Below are positions 30,976-40,097 of a stretch of DNA of 64,000 nt, one piece after another. Within the stretch, counting starts at the first letter, position 1, and each line of letters begins with the position of its first letter. The translations under genes and the position numbers were made by a program. The notes below the pieces were generated by a model. The model searched no databases. It was not told where the DNA came from and saw only the letters and a program-made list of their open reading frames with translations. The stretch comes from Bacilli bacterium (lineage in GTDB: Bacteria; Bacillota_I; Bacilli_A; RFN20; CAG-826), in the NCBI GenBank assembly GCA_045628045.1, contig JAZQOV010000006.1:1-64000 (forward strand), in the 5' to 3' direction.

Positions 30976-31023
30976 TGTATCAAAGTATGTCTTCTAATCT
31001 GGTGCCTCCACGCAGAATCGAAC
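30976..31023. repeat. Hybrid att site T overlapping the tRNA-Thr 3' end
   Basis: TATCAA(30978)-N16-TG(31000, the CA of CCA)-N16-TCGAAC (tRNA T-loop). Confidence 0.7.
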
Positions 31024-31073
31024 TACGGATTGATCCTTACCATGGATCCGTTATACCATTTAACTATGGAGGC
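31000..31073 (-). tRNA. tRNA-Thr(GGT), CCA encoded
   Basis: Acceptor stem GCCTCCA/TGGAGGC, anticodon arm GATCC-ATGGTAA-GGATC, T-loop TTCGATT. Confidence 0.93.
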
Positions 31074-31103
31074 AACGCGATAATTATATATATAAATGTT
31101 TAG

Positions 31104-32399
31104 TTATTCAACAAATTCTCCAAATAAATCATAAATATAAGCATTAGTAATTTTTACTTTAACAATATCGCCAATTTTGTGTTCTTTATTAGAAACAAAC
31201 GAAATCTTTCCATCGATATCATCTGGAGCATTCCAATACGAACGAAGTCCATAGACCTTATTTGTTTTGTTGTATTCCACCACAATTCCTTCCATAACTT
31301 TACCAATTCTAGCCTTGTTATTTTGGTAAGAAATTTTCTTTTGAACATCCATAATTTTACCAAGTCTAGCCTTCTTAAGTGATTCAGGAATTTGATTCTT
31401 GTAATCGTAAGCTTTTGTGCCATCTTCTCTTGAATATGCAAAAGCTCCCATATGATCAAATTTATTCTTTTTTGTAAAGGAAACAAGATTCACAAAATCA
31501 TCATCACTTTCACCTGGAAAACCTAGTATGTAGGTTGTTCTTAATATTGCGTGAGGTATTTTTGTTTTGATTTCATCGATCAAATTTTGGTAAGTCTCGT
31601 TTGTGCCACGTCTTAACATTCCTTTTAAAACTGCGTCACTTGAGTGTTGGAAAGGAATGTCAAAATAAGGTGCGATTCTTGGATTTTCTTTAATTAAATC
31701 AATAAGTTCGCTTGTGATTTCATCTGGGTAAAGATAAAGCAAACGAATCGAATAAAATTCTTTAATTTTTAAGAGTTCTTTTAATAAATCGACGATTGTC
31801 TTTTTATCTTTAAAATCACTTCCGTATCTTGTTGTGTCTTGAGAAATAAGCACCAATTCCTTAATGTCGTTTTCGGCTAATGATTTAGCTTCTTTTAAAA
31901 CGTCTTCAAAAGGTCTAGATCTAAAAGAACCTCTAATTAAAGGAATTGCACAATAGGCACAACAATTATTGCATCCTTCGCTTACGCGAAGATAAGCCAT
32001 ATAACTTGGTGTAGAAAGCATTCTTACAAAAGGATTAAGCTCCATTACTTTTACTTTTTTGTCAAATAAAGACTCAATCTTTTCAGAAAAATGAGAATAT
32101 TCTCTAATTGGAATCCATAAACTTACTTCTGGAATGGATGCTTTAAGTTCATCTAGGTAACGTTCGACAAGGCAACCAGTTACAACAACTTTTTTGCCTG
32201 TTTTGCAAACATGTAAAATGTTAGCAATTGATTCTTCTTTACTTGCTTCAATAAATCCACAAGTATTTACAATAACTACATCACTATCTTCAATTGTATT
32301 TACAATCTCAAACTTTGAATTTGCAAGTGCACCTAAAATAATCTCGCTATCAACGAGGTTTTTGCTACACCCTAAAGAAATAAGTCCGACTTTTATCAT
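31104..32399 (-). CDS. rimO: Ribosomal protein uS12 methylthiotransferase
   Basis: Motifs SLGCSKNLVDSE, NTCGFI and CNNCCAYCAIP; C-terminal TRAM domain with APDDIDG. Confidence 0.93.
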   Translation of the reverse strand: MIKVGLISLGCSKNLVDSEIILGALANSKFEIVNTIEDSDVVIVNTCGFIEASKEESIANILHVCKTGKKVVVTGCLVERYLDELKASIPEVSLWIPIREYSHFSEKIESLFDKKVKVMELNPFVRMLSTPSYMAYLRVSEGCNNCCAYCAIPLIRGSFRSRPFEDVLKEAKSLAENDIKELVLISQDTTRYGSDFKDKKTIVDLLKELLKIKEFYSIRLLYLYPDEITSELIDLIKENPRIAPYFDIPFQHSSDAVLKGMLRRGTNETYQNLIDEIKTKIPHAILRTTYILGFPGESDDDFVNLVSFTKKNKFDHMGAFAYSREDGTKAYDYKNQIPESLKKARLGKIMDVQKKISYQNNKARIGKVMEGIVVEYNKTNKVYGLRSYWNAPDDIDGKISFVSNKEHKIGDIVKVKITNAYIYDLFGEFVE

Positions 32400-32432
32400 A
32401 TAAATAATAAGGGCCTCTATGAGGCCCATTAA

Positions 32433-33425
32433 TTAACTTTTAAGTACTCTTTCAACAAGATCTGGATGATCAACGAATGGATTTCTGTTTCCTTGAATCT
32501 TTTGAACAGTATCATTACGAAGTTTTTCAACTTGGCTAGGTGGATCAAGCTTATTCCAAGCAATTAATACTTCTCTTGCTCTTGTATCGCTATAACCGCC
32601 CATAATATCTGAGAATTCAAGATTTGCAGTCATGTCTGAATATTTATAAGTCAATGTTCCAGATTTAACTTGTCCTTCTGGTGTTGCACCTCTTTCATTA
32701 TAGTGAACCCAAACATAAAGGAGAATTCTTGCAATATCGCCTTTCATTTCATCAGCAGGTTCACATTTATTTGCGTATTGTGGAACGCCAGCATTAGTGA
32801 AGCTATGACCAGAGATTTTTATTGAATATTTACCACCTTTTTCAGTGTATGAATAAATATCATTTGCATCTTTTTGTTCTGGATCGTCAAAATCAACAAA
32901 TTTTGAGTTACCACGTGCGGTGTTAACATTACTATTTGATGTTCTTACGTGAAATAAATCACTACCACCACCAATATAATTGGTGCCATCAACATAGTTC
33001 TTATCAGTATTGGTTCCATCATGAGACCAAAGGTTATTTGAGTTTGCACATGGCCAAACGTGCTCACGTGTTCCATAACCACCTTGTTCTTTTCCTGTAT
33101 AGAACCATTGATTTGTTTTTGAACCTTTTGCAATAGCTTCAACAGAATCATGAGATGAAGTTGTTGTGTAATAACTATTTACTTGGCTATATTTAACCCA
33201 TTGAGTGTGCTTGTCGAAACATAATTTTTGAAGTTCGTTTGCAAGACGACCACCTTTTTTGGTTAAATCGTATCCAGAATAATAAGTACCAACTACTTTA
33301 TCGTCAGTAATATATTCTGTATCTTTGGTTCCAATTTTAATAAAACCAAGATCAATATAGCAGCTTGATAAAGCAATGCTGCCAAGTGTTAGCAATGATA
33401 ACAATGAGAATTTTTTGAATTTCAT
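32433..33425 (-). CDS. Endonuclease I family (EndA/Bsn-like) nuclease lipoprotein
   Basis: Lipobox LSSC; motifs REHVWP, DLFH...N.ARGN, KGDIAR and QGNRNPFVD. Confidence 0.88.
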   Translation of the reverse strand: MKFKKFSLLSLLTLGSIALSSCYIDLGFIKIGTKDTEYITDDKVVGTYYSGYDLTKKGGRLANELQKLCFDKHTQWVKYSQVNSYYTTTSSHDSVEAIAKGSKTNQWFYTGKEQGGYGTREHVWPCANSNNLWSHDGTNTDKNYVDGTNYIGGGSDLFHVRTSNSNVNTARGNSKFVDFDDPEQKDANDIYSYTEKGGKYSIKISGHSFTNAGVPQYANKCEPADEMKGDIARILLYVWVHYNERGATPEGQVKSGTLTYKYSDMTANLEFSDIMGGYSDTRAREVLIAWNKLDPPSQVEKLRNDTVQKIQGNRNPFVDHPDLVERVLKS

Positions 33426-33493
33426 AATTAATCTCCTAATTAAATTATACATATCAGCGGCTTTATTTACAAATAAAGTCTTAAATATATTTT

Positions 33494-34699
33494 TTATTTT
33501 AGAATTTGCACGTAAATATTTTTGAAATCTCTTCGTGTAAATTCACGAGGAACTGGATAAAGAGGGTTTCCTTCTTTATAAGCATGCTCAAGCATTTCTA
33601 AAACATCTTCTTCCTTATATTCAATATCAAATTTTTCAGGAATGTTCATGTCCTTATTCATTTTTCTAATCCATGCAATAAACGCCTCAGCTTTAGCTTG
33701 TTTTGATGCATTTCTTTCACACAGTGAAAGTTCATCAGATAAAATTGCTAAACGCTTGTAACAAGATGAGCCAAATGCTTCCAACACGTATGGCAAAATA
33801 ATTGCATTGGCAAGTCCATGTGGAACATTATATTTTCCACCTAATGAGTGTGCAATCGCATGAACATAACCTACGTATGCTCTTGTGAATGCAACGCCTG
33901 CTAAAAATGATGCTTTTTGCATATTGCTTCGATAAGTTAAATTTGCACCATCTTTATACGAAAGATATAGGTTTTCCTTGATAAGTTTAACTGCTTCAAT
34001 TGCAGCTTTCTTTGTATTCTTAGTATTTGCGTGACCAATAAATGCCTCAACTGCATGAGTTAAAGCATCCATTCCTGTTGTACTTGTAATATGAGGAGGA
34101 AGTCCTTTTAAAAGCGTTGGATCAAGAAGTGCATATTTTGGAATTAAATGTGGATCATTAATCGCATATTTAAATCTAGTTTTTTCATTCACAATAACAG
34201 CAGCTAAAGTTGTTTCACTTCCCGTGCCCGCAGTTGTTGGAACTGCAATCATGAAAGGCAAAGCCTTTCCAACATGCAAAATTCCTTTCATTTGTTCAAC
34301 TGTTTTCTTTGGTCTAACAACAAGCGCTCCAACCATTTTTGCAGTGTCCATAGCAGAGCCACCACCCACAGCAATTATTGAATCACAATTATTGTCTTTA
34401 AAAACTTTCAAACCTTTTTTTACATTTTGAATTGTTGGATTGGCGACAACATCATGATAATAACCATATCTAAGTCCAGCATTATCAAGTGCTTCAAATA
34501 AAGGTTTTAATAAGCCTAATGAATGAATTCCATTATCTGTTACAACTAAAGGTCTAGAAAGTCCTTTTTCCTTTAATAATAATGGGGCTTTTTTAATCGC
34601 ACCTTCTTCGCTTATAGTCTTTGGAGATTTTATTCCTAAAAAGTAAGACGCTAAACGAAGTGATTGTTGATAACCTCTATAAAATAAGTTTTTAAACAT
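33494..34699 (-). CDS. Iron-containing alcohol dehydrogenase
   Basis: Motifs GGGSAMD, PTTAGTGSE, DALTHAVE, HAIAH and HG. Confidence 0.92.
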   Translation of the reverse strand: MFKNLFYRGYQQSLRLASYFLGIKSPKTISEEGAIKKAPLLLKEKGLSRPLVVTDNGIHSLGLLKPLFEALDNAGLRYGYYHDVVANPTIQNVKKGLKVFKDNNCDSIIAVGGGSAMDTAKMVGALVVRPKKTVEQMKGILHVGKALPFMIAVPTTAGTGSETTLAAVIVNEKTRFKYAINDPHLIPKYALLDPTLLKGLPPHITSTTGMDALTHAVEAFIGHANTKNTKKAAIEAVKLIKENLYLSYKDGANLTYRSNMQKASFLAGVAFTRAYVGYVHAIAHSLGGKYNVPHGLANAIILPYVLEAFGSSCYKRLAILSDELSLCERNASKQAKAEAFIAWIRKMNKDMNIPEKFDIEYKEEDVLEMLEHAYKEGNPLYPVPREFTRRDFKNIYVQILK

Positions 34700-34731
34700 A
34701 TGTAACTCCTTTGTTTATGAAAAAAAGCACA

Positions 34732-37700
34732 TTAATGTGCTTTTTTATTTTTTGCCTTTTTATCAAGCTCTTTAATTTCTTCGCGATATTTTGCCATTTC
34801 CTCAGAGTTTGCTAAGATCCAGTGACCCTTTGTAATTTCTTGAAGGGTTGGCTTTTCTTTAGAATAATCATGAACTTTATTTGGTTCATAAACAATTCTT
34901 TTACGTGTTTTCTCTGTTAATGGATCTGGTTTTGGAATAGCAGAAAGAAGTGCTTTTGCGTATGGATGGAGTGGATGCTTAAAGAGTTCTTCACTTGAAG
35001 CAAGTTCCACCATTTCTCCAAAATACATAACTGCAATTCTATCGCAGAAATATTTAACGACTGAGAGGTCGTGAGCAATAAACATAATTGTTAAGCCCAT
35101 TTCTTCTTTTAAGTCATTAAGAAGATTGATAATTTGAGCTCTAATTGAGACGTCAAGAGCAGAAATTGGTTCGTCACAAATTAAGAATGAAGGATTCATA
35201 ACAAGTGCACGAGCAATGCCAATACGTTGTCTTTGTCCACCTGAGAACTCATGTGGATAACGAGAAGCGAATTCTGGAATAAGTCCGACTTTTGTTAAGA
35301 CATCTGCAACCTTTTTGCTATTAGCAAACTTATTGCGTTGACCTTGAATCTTTAAACCTTCTTGAATAATGTCTTCAACAGTCATTCTTGGATCAAGAGA
35401 ATCAACAGGGTCTTGGAAAATCATTTGCATCTTGCTAAGAAGCTTCTTGTCAACATGTCTATTATCATAGTTAATTTGTTTAATAATAGCTTTTTGAGTT
35501 TTCTTGGTTTCACTAATATGATTTTCGATTTCTTTAATTTGTTTTTCGTAACTTGATCTAATTTGATTTTGTCTTTTTGATGATTCTGAAACATATTTCT
35601 TGTTATAAACACCTTTGGTGACAAGATAATCAATAAACTTAATTATAAAGTAAACTGCTGCACCAATAGCAAGATAAGCAACAGGAACGTACTCTGCAAG
35701 GAATGCAAAACAGAGTAATTCAAATAAATAACCGAGAATGCTAGATAAAACAATCTTTGCACGTTTTGCCTTAATAAATGGTGAATTATTTAAAACATCT
35801 TTGTTTCCGGTTCTTAAAAGCATAAGGATTCTAAGTGGAATCATGCAAATAACAACAAATACAATAATTCTTAAAGCTAAAATAATATCGATAATTTCTA
35901 ATGTGCCTAAGATAATTGCACCTAAACATGTTAAGATGCAAATAACTGTAAAAATAAATGCTGCGAGGAAATTTTGTCCTAAATATCTAAAATAATCTCT
36001 TAAATAACGGCCATGTTTCTTAGCATGGGTTTTCTCAATCTTATTTAATTTAGCTTCGCTAACCTTGATTTGTTTACGAAGTGATTTCCTATCTAAACGA
36101 AGAGAGCGTTTAAGTTCTCTATATTTTCTATTACGCATTTTCTTATTCTTAATTTCGTCATATTTAAGAACTTCGCCTTCGAAATTAATCTTTAAATTTG
36201 CGTAGTCTTCACGTTTATTAATAAGTGTGCTATGTGCAAAGAAAAGATTTTTATCTTCTTTTCTATTTTTTGCTACATAATGAGTTTCAAATTTCTTAAT
36301 TTTTCTAAGAGCTTTAACGTTGTTATGCCCTTTAATTTTGGCTTCTTTTCTAAGATATTTTGCTTCTTTTATTTGTTTATCATAGAAAGTAGCAATTCTG
36401 TTTTTGAAATTCTTAAATTCAACATCAGCAAATTTCTTGTTATATCTAATTTGAACGATAATAAAATCAAGAATTAAATAAGCAAAATAAATTCCTGCGG
36501 ATATTGAAATCCATTTTTGAGAAAGTGCTTTGCAAATAAATGCAATTCCGCAAATCTCAAAAGCAAGTGATAAAACCACGAATAAAGCAACTTTAATAGG
36601 TCTTACAATAATAAACCCAGAATTGCTTTCTCCTTCAGCTTTACCAACTCTAATGAGAAGTAGTACTCCAAAAGGAATAAGGCAAATAATTGCAAATACA
36701 ATATAAGTTAATAATGAATTAATTGATATTAAGTTAGATAAGCTAAGAAGCAATAAGCCAACACCAATTAGAATTGCACCAATAATTGCAATAATTGATT
36801 CAAAACTATATTTTTTAACGAATTTTGAATAATCTCTTAAGAATGAATGGCTCTTTCTTAGGCGAACCTTTTCAATTGATTTAATACGTTTTTCAATTTC
36901 AGCAATTGCTTCAGAAATCGAGATTTCGCTTAAAGCGAATGCATGATTAATTTCATCTCTTTTAACTGAACGTTGTTTTCTGTTCTTAATAAACTTTAAA
37001 GTACGTAATTCAGCTTGATAATTAATATCTAAATTTGCGTATTCTTCATAGCTACTTGCAAGAGACTTTTGAAGTTCTGATAAAACTTTAATGTCTTGTT
37101 TATTAGCTGCAACATAACGAAGTTGTTCTTTCTTTACAAATTTAAGAGCTTTAATTCGATTATGTTGTTTGATTCTAGCTTCTTTAATGGCGAATTTAAC
37201 ATCGCTAATTTGATTTTTATATGAAATTTTTGTTTCTTTAATTCGTTTTGCTAAAGGAGCGTCAAGATGTTTTCTCCTATAAGCTGCTCTAATAAAGAAG
37301 AAATCAATAATGTTATATAAAATATAAACACATGCTCCACAGAAGAAGTAAATTCTTGGTAAATAGCCAAGTATTACAGCAAATCCAATGAGTTCAATTA
37401 GAACTGACAGAATTGCAAAAATGGCTATTTTTATTGGTTTAATTTTGACAAATGAAACACCACTATCATCATTAGATTTATTAAGTCTAAAGATTTTAAC
37501 CATTTCAAATTGCATGATTAAAAGTAAACCAACAGTTACATATGTTAAGTAAGGATTTAGATCAACAAAATATGAAGCGCTAAGGAAAACTAATCCAAGT
37601 GCGATTAAGATTATTCCAATAATAGAAAGAGCTAATCTAAATGGATGTTTACTTCCTTGTTTAAAGTAATCCTTCAAGAAGTGATTATGTTTTCTTACAC

Positions 37701-38319
37701 GGGTCTTTTCAATTCTACGAATATTGGCTTTAGTTTCTTTAATAACTCGTTTATTTTGTTTTTTAGTTACATTGTAACTATGTTTAATCTCAGATTTCTT
37801 GTTAGCACGAAGTTCTAAGTCTTCAATTTCTCTAAGATTAAGACATGCTTCTTCATAATTTGCTTTCAAATTAGCACGTTCTTCAATCTTTTCACCTAAT
37901 GTTCTTTGGAGTTTACGAAGTGGTTCAACATCCTTTTTATTAATGGTTACATAAGTAAGTTCAGAGTTCATTTCTGATCTAAGAGCTTTAATCTTATTTT
38001 TACCTTTAATTCTTGTCCATTTAATTTCTTTTTCATTCCATCTTTTGCCTGCGCTTATACGATGTCCTTCGAAATAAACAGAACCTGATGTAATGTTGTA
38101 AAGTCTAATTAAAGAACGACCTGTTGTGGTTTTACCACAACCAGATTCACCAACAACACCAAAACATTCACCTTTTTTAATATCAAAAGATACATCGTGA
38201 ACTGCTTTTGTGGTAAGTGAATTAGAGCCATGTCCAAACTTAAAATATTGTTTCAAGTGACGGACAGAAACTTCTACATTATTGTCAACAAGTGACTTAT
38301 CAAAAGTAACCTTACGCAT
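34732..38319 (-). CDS. oppF: Oligopeptide ABC ATPase OppF with a ~840-aa triple-repeat membrane insertion
   Basis: Walker A GESGCGKTT, then the insert, then QMIFQDP, FSGGQRQR, ICDEP, H-loop and oligo_HPY. Confidence 0.88.
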   Translation of the reverse strand: MRKVTFDKSLVDNNVEVSVRHLKQYFKFGHGSNSLTTKAVHDVSFDIKKGECFGVVGESGCGKTTTGRSLIRLYNITSGSVYFEGHRISAGKRWNEKEIKWTRIKGKNKIKALRSEMNSELTYVTINKKDVEPLRKLQRTLGEKIEERANLKANYEEACLNLREIEDLELRANKKSEIKHSYNVTKKQNKRVIKETKANIRRIEKTRVRKHNHFLKDYFKQGSKHPFRLALSIIGIILIALGLVFLSASYFVDLNPYLTYVTVGLLLIMQFEMVKIFRLNKSNDDSGVSFVKIKPIKIAIFAILSVLIELIGFAVILGYLPRIYFFCGACVYILYNIIDFFFIRAAYRRKHLDAPLAKRIKETKISYKNQISDVKFAIKEARIKQHNRIKALKFVKKEQLRYVAANKQDIKVLSELQKSLASSYEEYANLDINYQAELRTLKFIKNRKQRSVKRDEINHAFALSEISISEAIAEIEKRIKSIEKVRLRKSHSFLRDYSKFVKKYSFESIIAIIGAILIGVGLLLLSLSNLISINSLLTYIVFAIICLIPFGVLLLIRVGKAEGESNSGFIIVRPIKVALFVVLSLAFEICGIAFICKALSQKWISISAGIYFAYLILDFIIVQIRYNKKFADVEFKNFKNRIATFYDKQIKEAKYLRKEAKIKGHNNVKALRKIKKFETHYVAKNRKEDKNLFFAHSTLINKREDYANLKINFEGEVLKYDEIKNKKMRNRKYRELKRSLRLDRKSLRKQIKVSEAKLNKIEKTHAKKHGRYLRDYFRYLGQNFLAAFIFTVICILTCLGAIILGTLEIIDIILALRIIVFVVICMIPLRILMLLRTGNKDVLNNSPFIKAKRAKIVLSSILGYLFELLCFAFLAEYVPVAYLAIGAAVYFIIKFIDYLVTKGVYNKKYVSESSKRQNQIRSSYEKQIKEIENHISETKKTQKAIIKQINYDNRHVDKKLLSKMQMIFQDPVDSLDPRMTVEDIIQEGLKIQGQRNKFANSKKVADVLTKVGLIPEFASRYPHEFSGGQRQRIGIARALVMNPSFLICDEPISALDVSIRAQIINLLNDLKEEMGLTIMFIAHDLSVVKYFCDRIAVMYFGEMVELASSEELFKHPLHPYAKALLSAIPKPDPLTEKTRKRIVYEPNKVHDYSKEKPTLQEITKGHWILANSEEMAKYREEIKELDKKAKNKKAH

Positions 38320-40096
38320 GTGCTTTATCTCCCTTCTTTGCTTTTAAGGAGTTTGCAATACGAGTTTTAACGATACGTGGCATTGTAACTTTTGGAGCAC
38401 GTGGATCAAGAAGCCATGTTGCTGCATAGTGAGTGTCACTAACTTTAAATAAAGGTGGTTCCTTCTTAAAGTCAATTTCCATAGCATATTTACTACGTAA
38501 AGCAAATGCATCACCCTTTGGAGGGTAAATCATATTTGGAGGAGTTCCTGGAATTGCCTCAAGTTTTTCATTTGAGTCAACATCTGGAATTGAGGAAAGA
38601 AGAGCCCAAGTGTATGGATGTCTTGGATCATAGAAAATTTCTTCTTCTGTTCCATATTCAACAATCTTGCCTGCATACATAACTGCGACTCTGTCTGCCA
38701 TGTTAGCGACAACACCTAAGTCGTGAGTAATGAAAATACAAGAAAGTTGTCTTTCTTTCTTTAAATTGTTAATAAGTTCAAGAATTTGAGCTTGAATTGT
38801 AACGTCAAGAGCTGTTGTAGGTTCATCACAGATTAAAATGTCTGGATCTGCTGTTAATGCAATAGCAATAACAATACGTTGTCTCATACCACCTGAGAAT
38901 TCAAATGGATATTGTCTATAACGTTTTTCTGGATCTTTAATGCCGACTTCTTCCATAATCTTTAAAGCTCTAGCTTTAGCTTCAGCTTTTGTGATTCTTA
39001 ATTTGCTTAAATATTCAATGCGAAGAGCTTTGCGTTCTGCTCTTAAACGTCTAAAGAAGAACTTGTGTCCACTACGTCTTACTCTTCTTGGAGCACTTCT
39101 GCGTTTGAGTTTATATCCATAATGTTCACATTTCTTGTAAATCTTTACTTCACGTTTTGCAACTTTAGTTCTTGCTTTATATTCAGCTTTGAGTTTCTTA
39201 ATAAGTGGAACATATTTTGCCTTCAAAGCATTCTTGTTGTTTTTTGAATTTCCTTGAAGCTCTGCGATTTCAGTGTCAAATTTGATGGTTAATTGCTTAA
39301 TCTTCTCTTTTGATTGCTTACTAAGCTCGGATTTTGATGCTCTTACAGCGTGCAAATTATATTTGTATGATTTAGCAAGTTGAGCAAGTTTAAGTTTTTT
39401 ATTTTTCTTTGCTTGGGCAATTGCTTTCTTTGAAGCACGTTTGTTCTTCATTTTTTCAGCTGCAGCCACTGCACTTCTAAATTCATCTTCAGCGGCAAAC
39501 TTAGATGCGCCATATTCACGTTTAAGTGAATAAGCACGACCTTCAATGTCGTTTGTCACAAAGTTTCTTGCTTGAGCGATTTGTTTTTTCTTCTCACTCT
39601 TTAAGAACTTAATGTTTTCGCTATATTTAGCAAGTCCACTTCTAAGTTCTGTTTCGGCGTTTTTGTATGCAGAAAGTTCTTTAGAAACTAAATCTTCGTA
39701 CATTTTCTTTGTGCGTGAAGCATTAATAAGCATAGCTTCAGTGATTTGTTTCCCAATACGCATGATTGGGTTAAGTGAAGAAAGTGGGTCTTGGAAAATC
39801 ATTCCAATTTTGTGACCTCTGATTCTGTGGAATTCATCCTCAGAAACTTTAGTGAGGTCTTCGCCTTCATACATAATTGAGCCTTCAACGATACGACCGT
39901 TTGAGGCTAAAATGCCCATGATTGCTTTGTTTGTAACTGATTTTCCGGATCCTGATTCACCAACAATACAAAGGGTTTCGCCCTTGTATAAATCAAATGA
40001 AACACCACGGACAGCTTGAACATAACCATGGTCAGTGGAGAAATGAATACGTAAATCTTTTACGCTTAATAATGGAGTTTTCTTTGTTGTAGCCAT
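38312..40096 (-). CDS. oppD: Oligopeptide ABC ATPase OppD with a basic coiled-coil insertion
   Basis: Motifs GESGSGKS, MIFQDP, FSGGMRQR, CDEPTT and HPYT. Confidence 0.9.
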   Translation of the reverse strand: MATTKKTPLLSVKDLRIHFSTDHGYVQAVRGVSFDLYKGETLCIVGESGSGKSVTNKAIMGILASNGRIVEGSIMYEGEDLTKVSEDEFHRIRGHKIGMIFQDPLSSLNPIMRIGKQITEAMLINASRTKKMYEDLVSKELSAYKNAETELRSGLAKYSENIKFLKSEKKKQIAQARNFVTNDIEGRAYSLKREYGASKFAAEDEFRSAVAAAEKMKNKRASKKAIAQAKKNKKLKLAQLAKSYKYNLHAVRASKSELSKQSKEKIKQLTIKFDTEIAELQGNSKNNKNALKAKYVPLIKKLKAEYKARTKVAKREVKIYKKCEHYGYKLKRRSAPRRVRRSGHKFFFRRLRAERKALRIEYLSKLRITKAEAKARALKIMEEVGIKDPEKRYRQYPFEFSGGMRQRIVIAIALTADPDILICDEPTTALDVTIQAQILELINNLKKERQLSCIFITHDLGVVANMADRVAVMYAGKIVEYGTEEEIFYDPRHPYTWALLSSIPDVDSNEKLEAIPGTPPNMIYPPKGDAFALRSKYAMEIDFKKEPPLFKVSDTHYAATWLLDPRAPKVTMPRIVKTRIANSLKAKKGDKAHA

Positions 40097-40097
40097 A

